Positions 61,444-64,000 of a stretch of 64,000 nucleotides of DNA are shown here, in pieces; positions within the stretch are counted from its first letter, which is position 1, and each line of letters begins with the position of its first letter. A model generated the notes under the pieces. It had not been told where the DNA came from. It ran no database searches and saw only the letters and a program-made list of their open reading frames with translations. Made by a program: the position numbers and the translations under genes. Source of the stretch: Dehalococcoidia bacterium (lineage in GTDB: Bacteria > Chloroflexota > Dehalococcoidia > UBA2979); contig CAXXDN010000002.1 in the NCBI GenBank assembly GCA_963667465.2, forward strand, positions 768,001-832,000, read 5' to 3'.

Positions 61444-63528
61444 CTACCGCCCGCGCCCCCTGCCGCCGCGGCGCCCGCCGCCGGCGTTCGCACGCTGCGG
61501 GCGCGGCGAGGGCGTGTCGAAGGCGCGCAGGCCCTCGGGGGTATCGCCGACGAGCTCGCGGCGCAGCTCGACAATCTGGTCGCGGAGCTGGGCGGCGCGC
61601 TCGAACTCCAGTTCGCGCGCGGCGGACTTCATCTGTGACTCCAGCTCCTTGATCATCCGCAGCAGCTCGTCCCGCGGCAGGTCCGTGGCGACGACGTAGG
61701 CAGGCGACTCTTCGGCGACGCGAAGGCCGTCCGTGATGTCGCGGATCTCCTTGCTGATGCCCTCGGGCTCGATGCCGTGCTGCTCGTTCCAGGCGAGCTG
61801 GATCGCGCGCCGCCGCTCCGTCTCGTCGAGGGCGTTTCGCATCGAGTCCGTCACGGTGTCGGCGTACATGATCACGCGGCCTCCGGCGTGGCGGGCCGCT
61901 CGGCCGATCGTCTGGATCAGCGATCCGCCGGAGCGCAGGAACCCCTCCTTGTCGGCGTCGAGAATGCAGACGAGCGAGACCTCGGGCAGGTCGAGGCCCT
62001 CGCGCAGCAAGTTGATGCCCACGACCACGTCGTACACGCCCTGCCGCAGATCGCGCAGGATGTCGACGCGCTCGAGGGTGTCGATCTCGGAGTGGAGGTA
62101 GTGAGCCTTCACGTCCATCTCGAGCAGATAGTCGGTCAGGTCCTCGGCCATCTTCTTGGTCAGCGTGGTCACGAGGACGCGCTCGCGACGCCCGGCCCGC
62201 GTGCGCACCTCGGCGAGCAGGTCGTCGATCTGCCCCTGCGTCTCGCGCACCTCGACGATCGGGTCAGGGAGGCCGGTCGGGCGGATTACCTGCTCGGCGA
62301 CGTGCTGCGAGCGCTCCAGTTCGTACGGCCCGGGGGTCGCCGAGACAAAGATCACCTGGTTGAGATGGTCCTCGAACTCGGCGAAGTCGAGTGGGCGGTT
62401 GTCGAGTGCCGAAGGCAGCCGGAAGCCAAAGTCGACCAGCGTCTGCTTGCGCCGGATGTCACCGAAGTACATCCCGCGGATCTGCGGCATGGCGATGTGC
62501 GACTCGTCGACGAACACCAGCCAGTCGTCCGGGAAATAGTCGAGCAGCGTCCACGGCGTGGAGCCCACCCCGCGCCCCTGGAGGTGCCTCGAGTAGTTCT
62601 CGATGCCGGAGCAGTAACCGCTCTCACGCAGCATCTCCAGGTCGTAGCGCGTGCGCTCCTCGAGCCGCGTCGCCTCGAGGATCTGGCCCGCGCTCCGCAG
62701 CGCGACGGAGCACTCGCGCAGTTCCTCCTCGATATTCTTGATGGCGAGCTCGAGGCGGTCGCTGGAGGTGACGAAGTGCTTCGCCGGGTAGATCGAGAAG
62801 CGCTCCTGCGCCGTCAGCAGCTCGCCGGAGAGCGGGTCGACGGTGCCGATGCGCTCGATCTCGTCGCCCCAGAAGTCGACACGCACGGCGACGTCCTCGT
62901 AGGCCGGGAAGATCGTGAGCGTGTCGCCGCGCACGCGGAAGGTGCCGCGCACGAGGTTCATGTCGTTGCGTGCGTACTGCATGTCCACCAGCTGGCGGAT
63001 CAAGGAGTTGCGGTTGACGTGCCGCCCGACGTGCAGCTTCGCGACGAACGATTCGTACTCGCCGGGCTCGCCGAGACCGTAGATGCAGGACACGGAGGCG
63101 ACGATTAGTACATCGCGCCGCTCGAACAGCGCGCGCGTCGCCGAGTGGCGCATCTTGTCGATCTCGTCGTTGATGTCGGCGTCCTTGGCGATGTAGGTGT
63201 CAGTGCGGGGGATGTAGGCCTCGGGCTGGTAGTAGTCGTAGTAGGAGACGAAGTACTCGACGGAGTTGCGAGGGAAGAACTCGCGGAACTCCGCCGTCAG
63301 CTGTGCGGCCAGCGTGCGGTTGGGCGCGAGCACCAGCGTCGGCCGCTGATGCTGGGCGATGATGTTGGCCATCGTGAAGGTCTTGCCGGAGCCGGTGGCC
63401 CCGAGCATGGTCTGCATCGTCAGTCCACGATCGAGGCCCTCGAGGAGTTGCTCGATCGCCTGCGGCTGGTCGCCCATCGGGCGGAACTCGCTAACCAGCT
63501 CGAACCCGGTGCTCGCTGTGGTGGTCAC
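61444..63528 (-). CDS. uvrB: Excinuclease ABC subunit B
   Basis: [49 protein letters not shown]-terminal UVR domain. Start GTG 63528 or ATG 63537; the track start at 63903 overlaps the divergent SDR. Confidence 0.97.
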   Translation of the reverse strand: MTTTASTGFELVSEFRPMGDQPQAIEQLLEGLDRGLTMQTMLGATGSGKTFTMANIIAQHQRPTLVLAPNRTLAAQLTAEFREFFPRNSVEYFVSYYDYYQPEAYIPRTDTYIAKDADINDEIDKMRHSATRALFERRDVLIVASVSCIYGLGEPGEYESFVAKLHVGRHVNRNSLIRQLVDMQYARNDMNLVRGTFRVRGDTLTIFPAYEDVAVRVDFWGDEIERIGTVDPLSGELLTAQERFSIYPAKHFVTSSDRLELAIKNIEEELRECSVALRSAGQILEATRLEERTRYDLEMLRESGYCSGIENYSRHLQGRGVGSTPWTLLDYFPDDWLVFVDESHIAMPQIRGMYFGDIRRKQTLVDFGFRLPSALDNRPLDFAEFEDHLNQVIFVSATPGPYELERSQHVAEQVIRPTGLPDPIVEVRETQGQIDDLLAEVRTRAGRRERVLVTTLTKKMAEDLTDYLLEMDVKAHYLHSEIDTLERVDILRDLRQGVYDVVVGINLLREGLDLPEVSLVCILDADKEGFLRSGGSLIQTIGRAARHAGGRVIMYADTVTDSMRNALDETERRRAIQLAWNEQHGIEPEGISKEIRDITDGLRVAEESPAYVVATDLPRDELLRMIKELESQMKSAARELEFERAAQLRDQIVELRRELVGDTPEGLRAFDTPSPRPQRANAGGGRRGGRGRGR

Positions 63529-63640
63529 GCGCTCCATTGTACGCCTCGCCGGCGCCGATCCCGCCTCGCGCCGCGCCGCGCTATGCTGCCCGGCGGAACG
63601 GAACTGAAGCGCACGACGCGTGAGGCCGGGGAGGTGAACG

Positions 63641-64000
63641 ATGCGGCTCGAGGGCAAGGTCGCGATGGTCACGGGAGCGGCTTCGGGCATCGGACGGGCG
63701 ACATCGCTGACGCTGGCGCGCGAGGGCGCGGCCGTGATGTGCGCCGACGTCAACACCGCGGGCGCGCAGGCTACGGCGGACGCGATCGCCGCAGCGGGCG
63801 GGACGGCGGCCGTCGTCGCGCTGGATGTCACCGACGAGGAGGCCGTGCAGGCCGCCCTGGCCGCCACCGTCGAACAGCTCGGCGCGCTGCACATCCTGGT
63901 CAACGATGCCGGTATCAGCGGCCGTACGCACGATTACCACGACGTGATCGACGTGAACCTCAACGGCGTCTACTACTGCATGAAGCACGGCGCGGCGCTG
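63641..64000 (+). CDS. Short-chain dehydrogenase/reductase (partial, runs off the right edge)
   Basis: [49 protein letters not shown]; SD GGAGG. Not in the ORF track because it has no stop in the window. Confidence 0.9.
   Translation, partial: MRLEGKVAMVTGAASGIGRATSLTLAREGAAVMCADVNTAGAQATADAIAAAGGTAAVVALDVTDEEAVQAALAATVEQLGALHILVNDAGISGRTHDYHDVIDVNLNGVYYCMKHGAAL

Noticed and set aside
63529-63640. LexA box (GAAC-N4-GTTC type) upstream of uvrB or the radical SAM gene
   Set aside because: GAAC half-sites are present but no matching GTTC at the right spacing.

Overview
High-GC bacterial DNA, most likely Chloroflexota (Dehalococcoidia/SAR202-Tepidiforma-like; inferred from the fabD-fabG-nusB-acpP order, the FtsK insertion and the gene repertoire) and possibly host/sponge-associated (inference only). 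The left half (1-32941) is one minus-strand reading frame that the ORF track missed because it runs off the left edge. It encodes a Sec-secreted protein of at least ~10,980 aa made of Calx-beta/Ig-like beta-sandwich modules: a unique N-terminal ~2,850 aa with a cadherin-like domain, then about 60 near-identical modules of five types in six super-repeats. The many plus-strand ORFs over 1-33000 are antisense shadows. Next come a decayed IS110 transposase, a MarR plus methyltransferase pair, a 2,232-aa alpha-2-macroglobulin lacking the thioester motif and carrying an unrecognised N-terminal ELRVWQ...RYG repeat, a truncated LRR gene, a double-domain CoA-transferase and a peptidoglycan-binding polysaccharide deacetylase lipoprotein. 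The right third is core genome: radical SAM gene, rnpB, modABC, yceD-rpmF-fabD-fabG-nusB-acpP, tatBC, udg-rnj-ftsK, uvrB and a partial SDR. All domain calls are by eye; no database search was run.
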